A stretch of DNA of 64,000 nucleotides from Porticoccaceae bacterium (GCA_050289385.1 JBNKFQ010000225.1:3601-67600), one strand, 5' to 3'; shown: positions 19,543 through 29,894, numbered from the stretch's first letter. The notes: generated by a model from the letters alone, not told the origin. Translations and numbers: made by a program.

Positions 19543-20769
19543 TCAGGGCGAGCGTCCGAAAATTAGCGACGTATTAATCCCCCCAAAAGCAAAGTTATTG
19601 CTCATCACGTATTCACAATCAAGTTCGCGAGGTTGACCGACAATGTAATCCAACTGCGCACATTCGGGGTCGACATCCCGCAAATTTGCGGTGGCATGAA
19701 ACCAGCCTTCGTTCATCATCCGAATCGCCGTCCAGGCCTCGAGTACGCCACAAGCCCCCAAGGTGTGGCCAGTAAAACTTTTAAAGGCGCTGATCGGCAC
19801 GTTGGCGCCAAACATTCCGGCGGTGGCATGACTTTCGGCAATGTCACCTCGATCAGTGGCGGTGCCGTGGGCGCTGATATAGCCGATCTGCGCAGCGTCA
19901 ATACCGGCGTCATCAAGCGCCAGTTGCAGCGCGTGTTTCATCGTCTCACTGGACGGCTGGGTGATGTGCGCACCGTCGGAATTGCCGCCAAACCCCACCA
20001 CCTCGGCATAAATCTTCGCACCCCGCGCTTTGGCGTGACCCAACTCTTCCAATATCAGTGTACCTGCACCCTCGCCAATAACCAGTCCGTCTCTGTTGCG
20101 GTCAAAAGGCGATGGTGTCATGTGTGGCATATTGTTGCGTGTGCTCGTGGCAAACAAGGTATCAAAAACGGCTGCCTGGGTTGCACACAGTTCTTCTGCG
20201 CCTCCGGCCACCATTAATGTCTGGCGCCCAAACTTGATCGCCTCATAGGCATACCCAATGCCCTGGCTCCCCGAGGTACAGGCGCTTGATGTTGTAATAA
20301 CACGCCCTTTCAAACCAAAAAAAACACCGATATTTACGGGGGTGGTATGGCTCATCATGCGTATATAGGATGAGGCATTCAAACCGGCAGTAGAATGGTT
20401 TAGCAACATCTTGCCAAAATCAGCTACGGCAGCGGTGCTCCCCGCAGAAGAACCATAAGCGACACCCATACGACCATCCTGAATGACCGGATTGTTGAGT
20501 AACCCGGCATCCTCAAGAGCCAACTCGGTTGCACGCGTCGCCAACAACGCCACCCGCCCCATGCCACGAACCGCTTTGCGGCTGTAATGAGCAGGCTTTT
20601 CAAAATCGGGAATCGGACCACCCAGACGGGTATTCAGGCCTTCGTATTTATCCCAGTCTTCGATATACCTTATGCCGGTTTGCTGTGTCTTCAGGTTGTG
20701 TGCCACCTCTGACCAACTCTGGCCTATCGGCGACAAGCCCGCCATGCCAGTAACCACCACTCTTTTCAT
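19543..20769 (-). CDS. Beta-ketoacyl-ACP synthase (ApeR-like KS of APE cluster)
   Basis: KS catalytic triad context: TSSACTSG (Cys), SAHGTATDRGD (His), FTGHTLGACG (His). The ATG overlaps the upstream KR stop (TAATG). Confidence 0.9.
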   Translation of the reverse strand: MKRVVVTGMAGLSPIGQSWSEVAHNLKTQQTGIRYIEDWDKYEGLNTRLGGPIPDFEKPAHYSRKAVRGMGRVALLATRATELALEDAGLLNNPVIQDGRMGVAYGSSAGSTAAVADFGKMLLNHSTAGLNASSYIRMMSHTTPVNIGVFFGLKGRVITTSSACTSGSQGIGYAYEAIKFGRQTLMVAGGAEELCATQAAVFDTLFATSTRNNMPHMTPSPFDRNRDGLVIGEGAGTLILEELGHAKARGAKIYAEVVGFGGNSDGAHITQPSSETMKHALQLALDDAGIDAAQIGYISAHGTATDRGDIAESHATAGMFGANVPISAFKSFTGHTLGACGVLEAWTAIRMMNEGWFHATANLRDVDPECAQLDYIVGQPRELDCEYVMSNNFAFGGINTSLIFGRSP

Positions 20770-21494
20770 TAACACATCCCACCGTTAACCGAAATAACCT
20801 GCCGCGTGATATAGGCTGCTCCGTCTGACATTAAAAAACTTACCGTCGAGGCAACCTCTTCAGGGCGCCCCAGCCGTCTGGCCGGAATCATCCCGGTCAC
20901 TTCGTCCAGAGGCAGTTGATCAATCATATCTGTATCAATCAGCCCCGGCGCCACACAGTTTACTGTAATATTGCGTTTTGCCATTTCCAGCGCCAGCGCT
21001 TTGGTTGCACCGATAATTCCCGCTTTGGCAGCGCTGTAGTTTACCTGGCCACGATTACCAATCAAACCGGACACCGACGAGATCGTAACAATCCTGCCTG
21101 GCTGACGCCGGCGAATCATTGGCATGATCAAGGGGTTGAGCACGTTATAAAAGCTGTCCAGATTAGTGTGCATCACCTGATCCCATTCATCCTCATCCAG
21201 GGCGGGAAAAGCGTTATCCCGAGCAATCCCTGCATTGCAAACCACGCCATAACAGGCGCCATATTGCTCAATGTCTGCCTGCAAAACCGCTTTGGATTCG
21301 GCCCGATCCGAAACATCAAAACGCAGCAGTCGCACATCTCGCCCCAGCGCTCTTATTTCATTTTTTACCTGTTCTGCCTGCTCGACTGAATCGCGGTAGT
21401 GAACCACGATATCAAATCCGTCCTGCGCCAGCCCCAATGCAATCGCTCGCCCGATACCTCGGCTGGAGCCGGTAACCAATACTGTTTTCGTCAT
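20769..21494 (-). CDS. 3-oxoacyl-ACP reductase, SDR (ApeQ/FabG-like)
   Basis: TGSSRGIGRAIA cofactor motif and YSAAKAG catalytic YxxxK. 241 aa. Confidence 0.9.
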   Translation of the reverse strand: MTKTVLVTGSSRGIGRAIALGLAQDGFDIVVHYRDSVEQAEQVKNEIRALGRDVRLLRFDVSDRAESKAVLQADIEQYGACYGVVCNAGIARDNAFPALDEDEWDQVMHTNLDSFYNVLNPLIMPMIRRRQPGRIVTISSVSGLIGNRGQVNYSAAKAGIIGATKALALEMAKRNITVNCVAPGLIDTDMIDQLPLDEVTGMIPARRLGRPEEVASTVSFLMSDGAAYITRQVISVNGGMC

Positions 21495-21973
21495 AACTGT
21501 CCTTCTTGTAGCTGTTCTTCTTGCAAAAAAACTTCGGCATCGGCCGGTTGAAATACATTCAGGTTGGCCGCAACCAGCACACCCTCACCAGTTATCGTGC
21601 ACTCGAATACGCTTAATCCATCATCTCCCCGCAGCACTTCATCAGCCGTGACTTTCAGATTTGCACCACAGGCAAATTCCGCACAATTCGTTTCGTAGCG
21701 CCGCGTACCAAGCAAAAGCCCGAGCTTGACCGGCTCTCCCGCCTGCTTTGCCAGTAAACCGGCGTAAACCCCTATCGTCTGGGCCATGTACTCAATACCC
21801 ACCCAGGCCGGCACTCGGTCATTCCGATCAAACAGGCCATCCTGCCGCACCTGCAAGCCCGTTGTCACGCCGCCGTCTCGCTGCTCAATCAACTTGTCGA
21901 TCAACACCATGTCGCCGTCGTGCGGCAACAAGTCAGCAATCGGTCCGGATTTGCCCACATGCTTCTCCTTCAT
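21491..21973 (-). CDS. Hotdog-fold 3-hydroxyacyl-ACP dehydratase (ApeP-like)
   Basis: 160 aa with N-terminal LLPHDGDMVLIDKL typical of APE-cluster dehydratases. 4-nt overlaps with both neighbours. Confidence 0.75.
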   Translation of the reverse strand: MKEKHVGKSGPIADLLPHDGDMVLIDKLIEQRDGGVTTGLQVRQDGLFDRNDRVPAWVGIEYMAQTIGVYAGLLAKQAGEPVKLGLLLGTRRYETNCAEFACGANLKVTADEVLRGDDGLSVFECTITGEGVLVAANLNVFQPADAEVFLQEEQLQEGQL

Positions 21974-23166
21974 CCCGGTATCATCTGCCCGTAACCCAAT
22001 ACTACAGCGACATTGTTTCCACCAAATGCAAATGAATTACTCATGCAAATACGCGGGCCAGCGCTCTCCGCCTGTCCCGCTTTCACAAAGTTGAGCGGTG
22101 GCAATTTCGGGTCTGCTGCACCATCCCATACATGGGGCGGCAACAAGCCGTCTTTCCGGGCCATTGCCAGCCAGCAAAATCCCGCTTCTATGGCTCCCGC
22201 CGCCCCCAGTGTGTGTCCGGTTATTGCCTTGGTGGAACTACAGGGCACACCATTGGAAAACAGTTCGGCAACCGCTCGACTTTCCATCGCATCATTTTGT
22301 AAGGTGGCAGTACCGTGCAAACTCAGGTAATCCACATTGCTTGCCTCTAATCCGGCAACGTCCAGCGCTTCCCGCATGGCGGCCACAGCTCCCAAACCTG
22401 TTGGGTCCGGAGCAGAGATATGGTGTGCATCGGAGCTGGCCCCGACCCCAAGCAGAGCAATGTTTCCTGTTTCTCTGGTCATTAAAAACAGCGCTGCGCC
22501 TTCGCCGATATTTATGCCGTCCCGGTTTACGCTGAATGGATTGCAATTACCCGCCGACACGGCCTCCAGCGCTGTAAAACCCTGTACTGTCATTTTGCAC
22601 AGGCTGTCAGCACCGCCCACAATAACCGCGTCGCAGAGATCAAGCGTCAGCAGTCGGCGGGCAGAAACCAGTGCTCTTGCACCGGATGAGCAAGCGGTAG
22701 AAACGGTATATGCAGGCCCGTCGGCACCCAGGTATTTACTTAAAAACTCGCTGGGCGTGCCTATAGCCTGTTGCCTATAATCGTAATTTTTGGGCAGGCT
22801 GCCGGTTTGCTGATAGTCTCTTAGCGCTTGTTCTCCCTCTGCAATCCCCGACGTACTGGTGCCAATTACAACACCAATGCGCTCAGCGCCAAAACGATCA
22901 AACGCCCGATCAACTGTATCGCGAATATCCGCCAGCGCCGCCAGCAACAACTGATTGTTTCGGCTCTGATAGATCTTCAGTTCAGCTGGAATTACCGGCA
23001 ATTCCCACCCGACTTGGCCAACCACGCACCGCCCCTCCTGCAGATAATGGGCACTGCTCACCATGCCCGCGCGACAGCCTCGAAACAGCGCATCGGCAAC
23101 GTCGTTCCGGTTTGCTCCGAGCGCGCACACGATGCCAAGGTCATTTAAATAGTAACCGCTTGTCAC
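21970..23166 (-). CDS. Beta-ketoacyl-ACP synthase (ApeO-like KS)
   Basis: VSTACSSG (active Cys), LHGTATLQND and ITGHTLGAAG His motifs. 398 aa. Confidence 0.9.
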   Translation of the reverse strand: MTSGYYLNDLGIVCALGANRNDVADALFRGCRAGMVSSAHYLQEGRCVVGQVGWELPVIPAELKIYQSRNNQLLLAALADIRDTVDRAFDRFGAERIGVVIGTSTSGIAEGEQALRDYQQTGSLPKNYDYRQQAIGTPSEFLSKYLGADGPAYTVSTACSSGARALVSARRLLTLDLCDAVIVGGADSLCKMTVQGFTALEAVSAGNCNPFSVNRDGINIGEGAALFLMTRETGNIALLGVGASSDAHHISAPDPTGLGAVAAMREALDVAGLEASNVDYLSLHGTATLQNDAMESRAVAELFSNGVPCSSTKAITGHTLGAAGAIEAGFCWLAMARKDGLLPPHVWDGAADPKLPPLNFVKAGQAESAGPRICMSNSFAFGGNNVAVVLGYGQMIPG

Positions 23167-23747
23167 AGCGTGATAACCTCCAGTGTTCTGACCCGCAGTG
23201 AATAACCATACTGATAATTTGTCAGGGTAAATTGCCCTTGCATGGGGTCATCCGTTTCGTAGTTGATCGCAACAACTCTGTTGTTTTTATAAAAGAGTTG
23301 ACGCAATCGGGAGCTTTGCTGCAAACGCCACGGAACACCCAGTTGCCGTTGAATCTCTCCCTCCGGCCACAACGCCAGCTGAATATCCGCCAATACCTGT
23401 TGTGGTTGAAAGTGTTCTTGCACCAGGGCGCTTTTTTCCATCACCAAATTGTCGCCATCATACTGCAAGGTAAACAACTTCAACCCTTGAGCCGACAACC
23501 CGACCAGGCTTACCTGGTGAGAGTGCAATTCGAGCACACCCAACATTTCGTGATGTGCGCCATTGTATTCTCCTGTCACCTGCTGCTGCACTTGCAACGA
23601 TGCACCAAAATCATGTACCGCAAGCAGTGGCATAGCCATTTCGTTAACTGGCCGCTCCTTTACGGTTTGGCAACCCGCCAGTAAAGACACGGCTAACCAT
23701 AGTGCGAACTTCAACAGGCCTTTTTTCAACACAGCTCTTTTCAGCAT
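23163..23747 (-). CDS. DUF3261-like lipoprotein (ApeN-like)
   Basis: Lipobox LLAGC. Size and position (between the exporter/flavoprotein and the KS) match the APE cluster lipoprotein. Confidence 0.65.
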   Translation of the reverse strand: MLKRAVLKKGLLKFALWLAVSLLAGCQTVKERPVNEMAMPLLAVHDFGASLQVQQQVTGEYNGAHHEMLGVLELHSHQVSLVGLSAQGLKLFTLQYDGDNLVMEKSALVQEHFQPQQVLADIQLALWPEGEIQRQLGVPWRLQQSSRLRQLFYKNNRVVAINYETDDPMQGQFTLTNYQYGYSLRVRTLEVITL

Positions 23748-24973
23748 AGTTCTGCCAGCACACCCAACCGTCTGCTCGTATCCGCAACAAACGGGTTATC
23801 CAGGTCCCAGGCATAACCGGCCAAAATGGAGCAGACCATAGGCCTTATAGAGGGTGCCTCCTGATCATGGAAGAAGATGTCTTGCAGCTTGCCTTCGTAC
23901 CACATCTCAACAAAGGCACGAAAGGTGTCGACGCCACGTTTTAGCGGCTGCGCATAGTCTTGCTCCCAGCACACCTCCTCGCCCCGAAGCTGTCGATCCA
24001 GTACATTTGCGGCCAGTACGGACGACTTCATGGCAATGGTGACCCCGGAGGAAAAAACCGGATCAAGAAATTCCCCCGCATTTCCCAATAACGCAAAGTG
24101 CTCTCCCCACAGGCGGGTAACGTCAACAGAGTATCCGGTTATATCTCCGGTGCGCGAATCGTATTTTGCTTGAGATAACCAGTCTCTTAAACGCGGGTCC
24201 TGATTAATTACCTCGCGCAATACCTGTTTTGTATCTCCCGCAAAGCGATCAAAAAAAGACGCCTCGCCAACCACGCCAATCGAGCTGCGCCCGTTACTGA
24301 AAGGAATAAGCCAATACCAGATATCCCGATATTCAGGGTGCACCGTAATCAGGATTTTCTGGCGATCAAATTCCCTTGCAGTAATGCGATCTTCAATATG
24401 GGTAAATAACGACCGTCTCGAAGGAAAGGTCGATGGTTTCTCCAGGTTAAGCAGCCGGGGTAACACTCGCCCAAAACCGCTGGCATCCAGCACAAATTTG
24501 CCGCGATACTCAAATTGTTCGCCATTGTCGTTACGAGATTGCAACCTTACCCCCGGCGTATCAAACTGAACACCGGTAATTTCCTGACCGTAGTAAATCC
24601 TGGCGCCAGAGCGTTCGGCAGCATCGGCAAGTATTTTGTCAAAACGGGCTCTTTCAACCTGCCAGGTTGTGCCCCAACCAAGCGTAAATTTGTCGCTGAA
24701 ATCAAAATCGGTATAGCGTTCATTCCACGAAAAGGCCGCACCTCCCTTAAACTGAAATCCGGCCTCTTGTACCACTTGCAACATGCCAGCCTGCTCAATA
24801 AATTCCATACATTGCGGCAATAAGCTTTCACCGATTGAAAAACGTGGGAAATGGTCCTTTTCAATAACGACAACGTCGTGCCCCTGCTGTTTAAGGCGAG
24901 CGCTTGCCAAAGCGCCAGCCGGACCTGCACCGATTATCAGTACATCAGCATTTAAGGCGTCTGTTTTTTTCAT
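23741..24973 (-). CDS. FAD-dependent halogenase-like flavoprotein
   Basis: GAGPAG dinucleotide motif at the N-terminus, SIGESLLP, a WxWxIP motif (IWYWLIPF) and GEFLDPVFSSGV. This motif set is that of flavin-dependent halogenases. Confidence 0.7.
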   Translation of the reverse strand: MKKTDALNADVLIIGAGPAGALASARLKQQGHDVVVIEKDHFPRFSIGESLLPQCMEFIEQAGMLQVVQEAGFQFKGGAAFSWNERYTDFDFSDKFTLGWGTTWQVERARFDKILADAAERSGARIYYGQEITGVQFDTPGVRLQSRNDNGEQFEYRGKFVLDASGFGRVLPRLLNLEKPSTFPSRRSLFTHIEDRITAREFDRQKILITVHPEYRDIWYWLIPFSNGRSSIGVVGEASFFDRFAGDTKQVLREVINQDPRLRDWLSQAKYDSRTGDITGYSVDVTRLWGEHFALLGNAGEFLDPVFSSGVTIAMKSSVLAANVLDRQLRGEEVCWEQDYAQPLKRGVDTFRAFVEMWYEGKLQDIFFHDQEAPSIRPMVCSILAGYAWDLDNPFVADTSRRLGVLAELC

Positions 24974-27318
24974 CTGTTTTTTATCCTTCCCGCCATCGGC
25001 GCCAACACAAAAGCTGAGGCAATACCAATTAACAACGTTTGACCAAACGACCTGACCACATCGGTATCACTGAGTGATAACAATCCAAATGCCAGTAACG
25101 TCGTTGCCGCCGACAGTGCAATTGCCAATGCAGTATGAGATGCCAAACCGCGCTGTTGAACAGCAAAAATTCCGAAGTCCGCACCAATGCCCAGCACCAG
25201 CAACAGGGCAAAAACCCGAAACAGGCTCAAGCTCTCACCCAACCAGCCCAACACCCCCAGTGTCACGGCAATTGCTGTTGCCGGCACTAGAATAATTGCC
25301 AGTGCCGCCCGCCACCCTCTTCGCCAACTGAGCAGTAATAGCGCCACTATCATCCCCAACACCAGCAACGCCGTGGCGCGTCCGCGATACTCCGCCATTA
25401 ATGCAGAAGTCTGATAAACGGTATCCACCAGATACACTCCGCCGGGCAGCTTAAGTGCATTTAGCTGACCTGTATCCTGAACACCTGCAAGGCGCACAAT
25501 AGCGCCGCAACCACTTGCGTCGCAGCCCAACCACAGTGAACGCCAACGCTCATCAACAACCGGCAACCACTCTGTCAATGTCAATTGCCGGTCCTTTGCC
25601 TGAGCAAATTCGCGGTACTCCTGATCTATTGCATCGTCGCTGAACCCCAGCGCTTGCAAATAAGAGCGCATCTGATTGTTGCTATACAGGGCGTCTTCAA
25701 GCAGCTGGTAATCAGACTTCTGTTGCGTTGCAGTGGGAAAATACTGGCTTAATGACTGGTATCCGTTTATTGCTCCGGCTGTTGCCAGACGATCCAGCGT
25801 CGCCGTTAAATACGCCTCGCGTTGCAGAGTCTCTGTCAACGTAGCGCCGCTGACAACAAAAAACCGGCTGTCCATCGCTTCGGGCATTACCGCCTTGATA
25901 TGCCGATCCTGCTCCTGCAAAACACGATCCGGAGCCTGCAGTTGACGCACATCGTCCTCGCTATGCAATGCTCCGATACCCGCGATAATGGCCAGCAAAC
26001 AAGTGGCAGATAACCAGCGATATCGAATCAGCCAATCCGCCCAGCGATTGGCAATGCTGCTTGCAACATTCAACAAAGCGGTTCGCGATGGCCAGCTAAT
26101 CCCTCTTGATAACAACGGGAACAAGGCAACGACCGTTAACCAGGCAAATACAAGGCCGGTAGCAGAAAATACGGCAATCTGGCGCAAACCGGGGAAGGGT
26201 GTAGCAGACAGGCACATATAAGCTGCCACGCTGGTAATCAGCGCCAGGGTCATACTTCGAACAACCGACTGCAGCGTGCCCTCACCGTTATTTCCGTTCG
26301 TGCCGGTCAGCTTGTTCTCTGCAGGTGGTAAACAGGCACAGAAATAGTGCAGACAATAATCCACTGCGACACCTACCAGGCTGGCGCCAAATACCAGAGT
26401 GAGTATATGCAGCTGCCCGAATATCAAGCTGCTGATACTCCATGCGCCGAACACGCCTGTTGCCACTGCAAACAAAGCCAACAGCAGTGGCCTCGGGGAC
26501 CCAAAACTTAATACCAGCAATAAAATAATTCCCAGGCACGAACCAAGACCCACAACTCGTATCTCGCGCTCGGCGCGTTCAGCACCGGACGCAGCATACA
26601 GAGGCAAACCCGCGACATAGAGTTGGCGATTCACTGCCACTTGCTCGCCCTCCAGCTTGCGAATCAGAGTGAGCAACAGCGCCTGCTGGTCAAGATCAAA
26701 TGCCGCCCGATCAAGCTCGGCAGTTATAACTGCATAATGCGTGGCGCCGTCGACAAGCAATGGAATACCCTGATCGACTGATGTGCCCGCGGGCGCCATC
26801 TGCTCGAGATAGCCACCAAACAGGTAAAGCGGGTCGCGCTCCAGGCTGGTGGCCCGAATAAAACCGGCAGGACTATACAGTGCTCTCAACCCTTCTTTAA
26901 CAAGTAACTGCGGATCCGTTTTGAGAGATTGACGCGATCGGTTGCTCAACAACTGGTAGCGATAAGGGAGCAAAGTTTGATACAAGTCAGGTCCCGACTG
27001 GTCATTCGGCGCCAGACCCACCTGACGAAACAGGCCGGACCGCTCAAGGTCCTGATTCAGCTCCCGAGCGGCATCCGCCGCCCGAGCCGGGGTATCGGCA
27101 GCCACCAGCATCAACAGCCGCTGTTCTACGCCAGATGCCACAACTCGCTTCGCCTGTTCTACCCGGGCGTTGCTATCCACGCCTGGCAACAATGCCATCA
27201 AGTTGGTTTCTACCCGCAGGGCATCGGCGCCGCGCAGAATTACAACCAGTCCGGTCACTGCGACAACCAGCAACCATAAAATGACCCATCGTTTGGCGCC
27301 AGCTACGACAAGGTTCAT
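24970..27318 (-). CDS. MMPL/RND-superfamily exporter (ApeM-like)
   Basis: Start moved to MNLVVAGAKRWVILWLL..., which overlaps the LolA-like stop (ATGA). ~782 aa with two 6-TM bundles and periplasmic loops. Confidence 0.85.
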   Translation of the reverse strand: MNLVVAGAKRWVILWLLVVAVTGLVVILRGADALRVETNLMALLPGVDSNARVEQAKRVVASGVEQRLLMLVAADTPARAADAARELNQDLERSGLFRQVGLAPNDQSGPDLYQTLLPYRYQLLSNRSRQSLKTDPQLLVKEGLRALYSPAGFIRATSLERDPLYLFGGYLEQMAPAGTSVDQGIPLLVDGATHYAVITAELDRAAFDLDQQALLLTLIRKLEGEQVAVNRQLYVAGLPLYAASGAERAEREIRVVGLGSCLGIILLLVLSFGSPRPLLLALFAVATGVFGAWSISSLIFGQLHILTLVFGASLVGVAVDYCLHYFCACLPPAENKLTGTNGNNGEGTLQSVVRSMTLALITSVAAYMCLSATPFPGLRQIAVFSATGLVFAWLTVVALFPLLSRGISWPSRTALLNVASSIANRWADWLIRYRWLSATCLLAIIAGIGALHSEDDVRQLQAPDRVLQEQDRHIKAVMPEAMDSRFFVVSGATLTETLQREAYLTATLDRLATAGAINGYQSLSQYFPTATQQKSDYQLLEDALYSNNQMRSYLQALGFSDDAIDQEYREFAQAKDRQLTLTEWLPVVDERWRSLWLGCDASGCGAIVRLAGVQDTGQLNALKLPGGVYLVDTVYQTSALMAEYRGRATALLVLGMIVALLLLSWRRGWRAALAIILVPATAIAVTLGVLGWLGESLSLFRVFALLLVLGIGADFGIFAVQQRGLASHTALAIALSAATTLLAFGLLSLSDTDVVRSFGQTLLIGIASAFVLAPMAGRIKNR

Positions 27319-27917
27319 TCTCCCAGCAACTCGCGACGTTCCTGAGCGCTTAACAAGGGTTGAAAACGAATCTCCGTAAATTGCACTCGCACACTGTCCC
27401 CTTTTGCTTCTTGCACATCCACCCTGCTGACATACTCGCTGCCGCGCAATTGGATTTCGGCAATTGCCTTTTTCCATTGTTGATTGCGCGGCGTCAAAAC
27501 CAGGCGCCACTCATCGCCATCCGGGTCTCCACTAATCTCAAAGTTGCGTTGCAATTGCTCTACATCCAAAGTCAGGAGGGCTCTCAATAACTGGCCAAAT
27601 CCCGCTGTCAGCGGCTGAGCCTGTTCGCCCTGCCAGGAAACGCCGCTGGCATTGGCAATCATGACTGAAGGAAAAGGCTCGATAACGGCCCATCGCACGC
27701 CTGACTGACGGTGAAAAACAAAGTTTCCCCGGGAAATTAATGGCCTGCTCAATACCTTCAGGTGGCGCAATTGTATGAACTTGCCCCTGGTAACTTCAGC
27801 AACAGCCAACCGATCCGATACGGCCTGAAGCAACAAGGCGCTTTTGTCGTTGTCTACCGCCCAACCCGCTGCGCCCTGAAAACAACACAACAAAAAAATA
27901 CATGCCCTGCGTATCAT
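27315..27917 (-). CDS. LolA-like outer-membrane lipoprotein carrier family protein (ApeL-like)
   Basis: 200 aa with a signal peptide MIRRACIFLLCCFQGAAGWA. Has the LolA-like size and position beside the MMPL gene. Confidence 0.7.
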   Translation of the reverse strand: MIRRACIFLLCCFQGAAGWAVDNDKSALLLQAVSDRLAVAEVTRGKFIQLRHLKVLSRPLISRGNFVFHRQSGVRWAVIEPFPSVMIANASGVSWQGEQAQPLTAGFGQLLRALLTLDVEQLQRNFEISGDPDGDEWRLVLTPRNQQWKKAIAEIQLRGSEYVSRVDVQEAKGDSVRVQFTEIRFQPLLSAQERRELLGE

Positions 27918-28348
27918 CAGCGCAACTCTCCGGGTACAACAACGCCGAGTTTTTCAAACAGTATTGACGGGCTTGCAAAACACATTTCACCGGAGGCCAT
28001 TTCTACAGCGACTTGATGAGTATGCCCTTTGGTAAGACGTATTCCGGTTTGTTGATCAGAAATGCTGTAAACGATTTTGAGGCGATTTTCATACTCGGCG
28101 ATCCTCGCCTGCACTTTGAGGCGAGCGCCGAATCGCGCCGGCTGCGCATAGCGAATATGTAACTCGATCACTGGCCAGGCGTACCCGGACTCCTTCATCT
28201 GCGGGTAGTTGTAATTTATCTTGTCCAGCAGGGCGCAGCGGGCAATTTCAAAATATTTGGCATAGTGCCCATGCCATGCCACGTCCATCATATCCACATC
28301 ATGAAAGGGTACTTGCAGAGCAACCTCCGCTGTCCAGTCAGGGTTCAT
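27917..28348 (-). CDS. 4HBT/YbgC-type hotdog acyl-CoA/ACP thioesterase (ApeK-like)
   Basis: Start at MNPDWTAEV.... VPFHDVDMMDVAWHGHY matches the 4HBT catalytic Asp region. Confidence 0.8.
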   Translation of the reverse strand: MNPDWTAEVALQVPFHDVDMMDVAWHGHYAKYFEIARCALLDKINYNYPQMKESGYAWPVIELHIRYAQPARFGARLKVQARIAEYENRLKIVYSISDQQTGIRLTKGHTHQVAVEMASGEMCFASPSILFEKLGVVVPGELR

Positions 28349-29894
28349 CGTATAAACTCCAGCCTCGGTTCTGCGTCTGCTCCACTCCCCGGCGCAAGTC
28401 ATGTTCCAGCGCACGATCTTCCTTTACAAAGGGGCAGATATTCCGAACCTGATCCAGGGTTTCTGACAACTCCGCCGGTAACTCTTGCGCGCTGATATCA
28501 CCACGGCGCAAGCGCAGCTCTACCCCCTGCACGGTAGCAAACAATACCGCTACGGCAACCTGTTCGGTCAACTCGAGAATGCGCAGGCAATCTCGCGCCG
28601 CGATAGTGCCCATACTCACCTTGTCCTGGTTGTGACACTCGGTACTACGCGAAAATACGCTGGCTGGCATGGTCAGCTTCAACGCCTCTGCCGTCCAGGC
28701 CGACGCCCCAATCTGCACAGCTTTAAAACCGTGATTGAGCATGGCCCTGTCGTCGTCCGCACCGGAAAGGTTGGCGGGCAACCCGTGATTAAATCGAACA
28801 TCCACCAGTTGCGCCAACTGCCGATCCAAAAGGTCCGCAATATTGGCAACGGCGTTTTTCATGCTATCCATTGCAAAGGCAATATGGCCGCCGTAGAAAT
28901 GGCCGCCGTGTAAAACATGCTCGCCTTCGCCATCGATAATCGGGTTGTCATTGGCGCTGTTTAACTCGGTTTCAATATATTGGCGGAACCATGGCAAGCT
29001 GTCCTCCAGTACACCGATTACGTGAGGGGCACAGCGCAGGGAATAGCGATCCTGTAAGCGACTGCTGTGCCTGGGCGCGTCGCCCACATGCAGATCCTGG
29101 CGAATACGCTCTGCAACTTTTGCCTGGCCAGCGTGAGGTTTAACGGAAAACAGAATGTCATCAAAGTGATAACGATTGCCCGCCAACGCCACGGATGCCA
29201 TCGATGTAATTCGACTCGCCAGTTGGCTCAAATAGGCAGCTCGACGATAGGCAAGACAGGACAGCGCCGTCATTACTGCCGTGCCATTCATAATTGCCAG
29301 CGCTTCTTTGGGGCGAAATGCCAACGGTTCAATACCCAGTTCGGCAAAGACCTCGGCGGTTGGGCTCCGTTTGCCTTGATAGATCACGACTCTTTCACCC
29401 GCCAACACTGCGGCCAGATAGGAGAGTGGCGTCAGATCGCCGCTGGCGCCCACTGAACCCTCTTCCGGCATTACCGGCAGAATGTCGTGCTCCAAAAGCA
29501 ACGCCAGTTGTTGCAGCAGTTCATAACGAACACCGGAATAGCCCCGGCTCAGACTGGCCATGCGCGCAACCAATATTGCACGCACCTCTGCGGGACCAAA
29601 CTCCCGGCCCATGCCGCAACCATGGAAGGTATACAGATGCCTCGGCAACTCCCCCACCAGTTTGGCTGGCACTTCCACCGTGCAGGAATCGCCATAGCCG
29701 GTGGTCACGCCATATATCACCCCATCTTCAGCCAACAGCCGCTCGAGGAATTCCGACCCGCATCTGATGCGCTCCACAAATTCTCTATCGGTACTGAGTG
29801 TTGACGTGGCACGTTTTTCGGCAAGAGCTACCACGTCTTCAATCGTCAGCAATTGCGAGTCAAACTTGATCTTTATTTTTGTTTCCGTTTTCAC
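28338..29894 (-). CDS. MIO-dependent aromatic amino acid ammonia-lyase (HAL/TAL/PAL family)
   Basis: 518 aa. The MIO-forming tripeptide sits in GSVGASGDLTPLS. YGVTTGYGDS is present, and the overall length matches bacterial HAL/TAL enzymes. Confidence 0.9.
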   Translation of the reverse strand: MKTETKIKIKFDSQLLTIEDVVALAEKRATSTLSTDREFVERIRCGSEFLERLLAEDGVIYGVTTGYGDSCTVEVPAKLVGELPRHLYTFHGCGMGREFGPAEVRAILVARMASLSRGYSGVRYELLQQLALLLEHDILPVMPEEGSVGASGDLTPLSYLAAVLAGERVVIYQGKRSPTAEVFAELGIEPLAFRPKEALAIMNGTAVMTALSCLAYRRAAYLSQLASRITSMASVALAGNRYHFDDILFSVKPHAGQAKVAERIRQDLHVGDAPRHSSRLQDRYSLRCAPHVIGVLEDSLPWFRQYIETELNSANDNPIIDGEGEHVLHGGHFYGGHIAFAMDSMKNAVANIADLLDRQLAQLVDVRFNHGLPANLSGADDDRAMLNHGFKAVQIGASAWTAEALKLTMPASVFSRSTECHNQDKVSMGTIAARDCLRILELTEQVAVAVLFATVQGVELRLRRGDISAQELPAELSETLDQVRNICPFVKEDRALEHDLRRGVEQTQNRGWSLYDEP

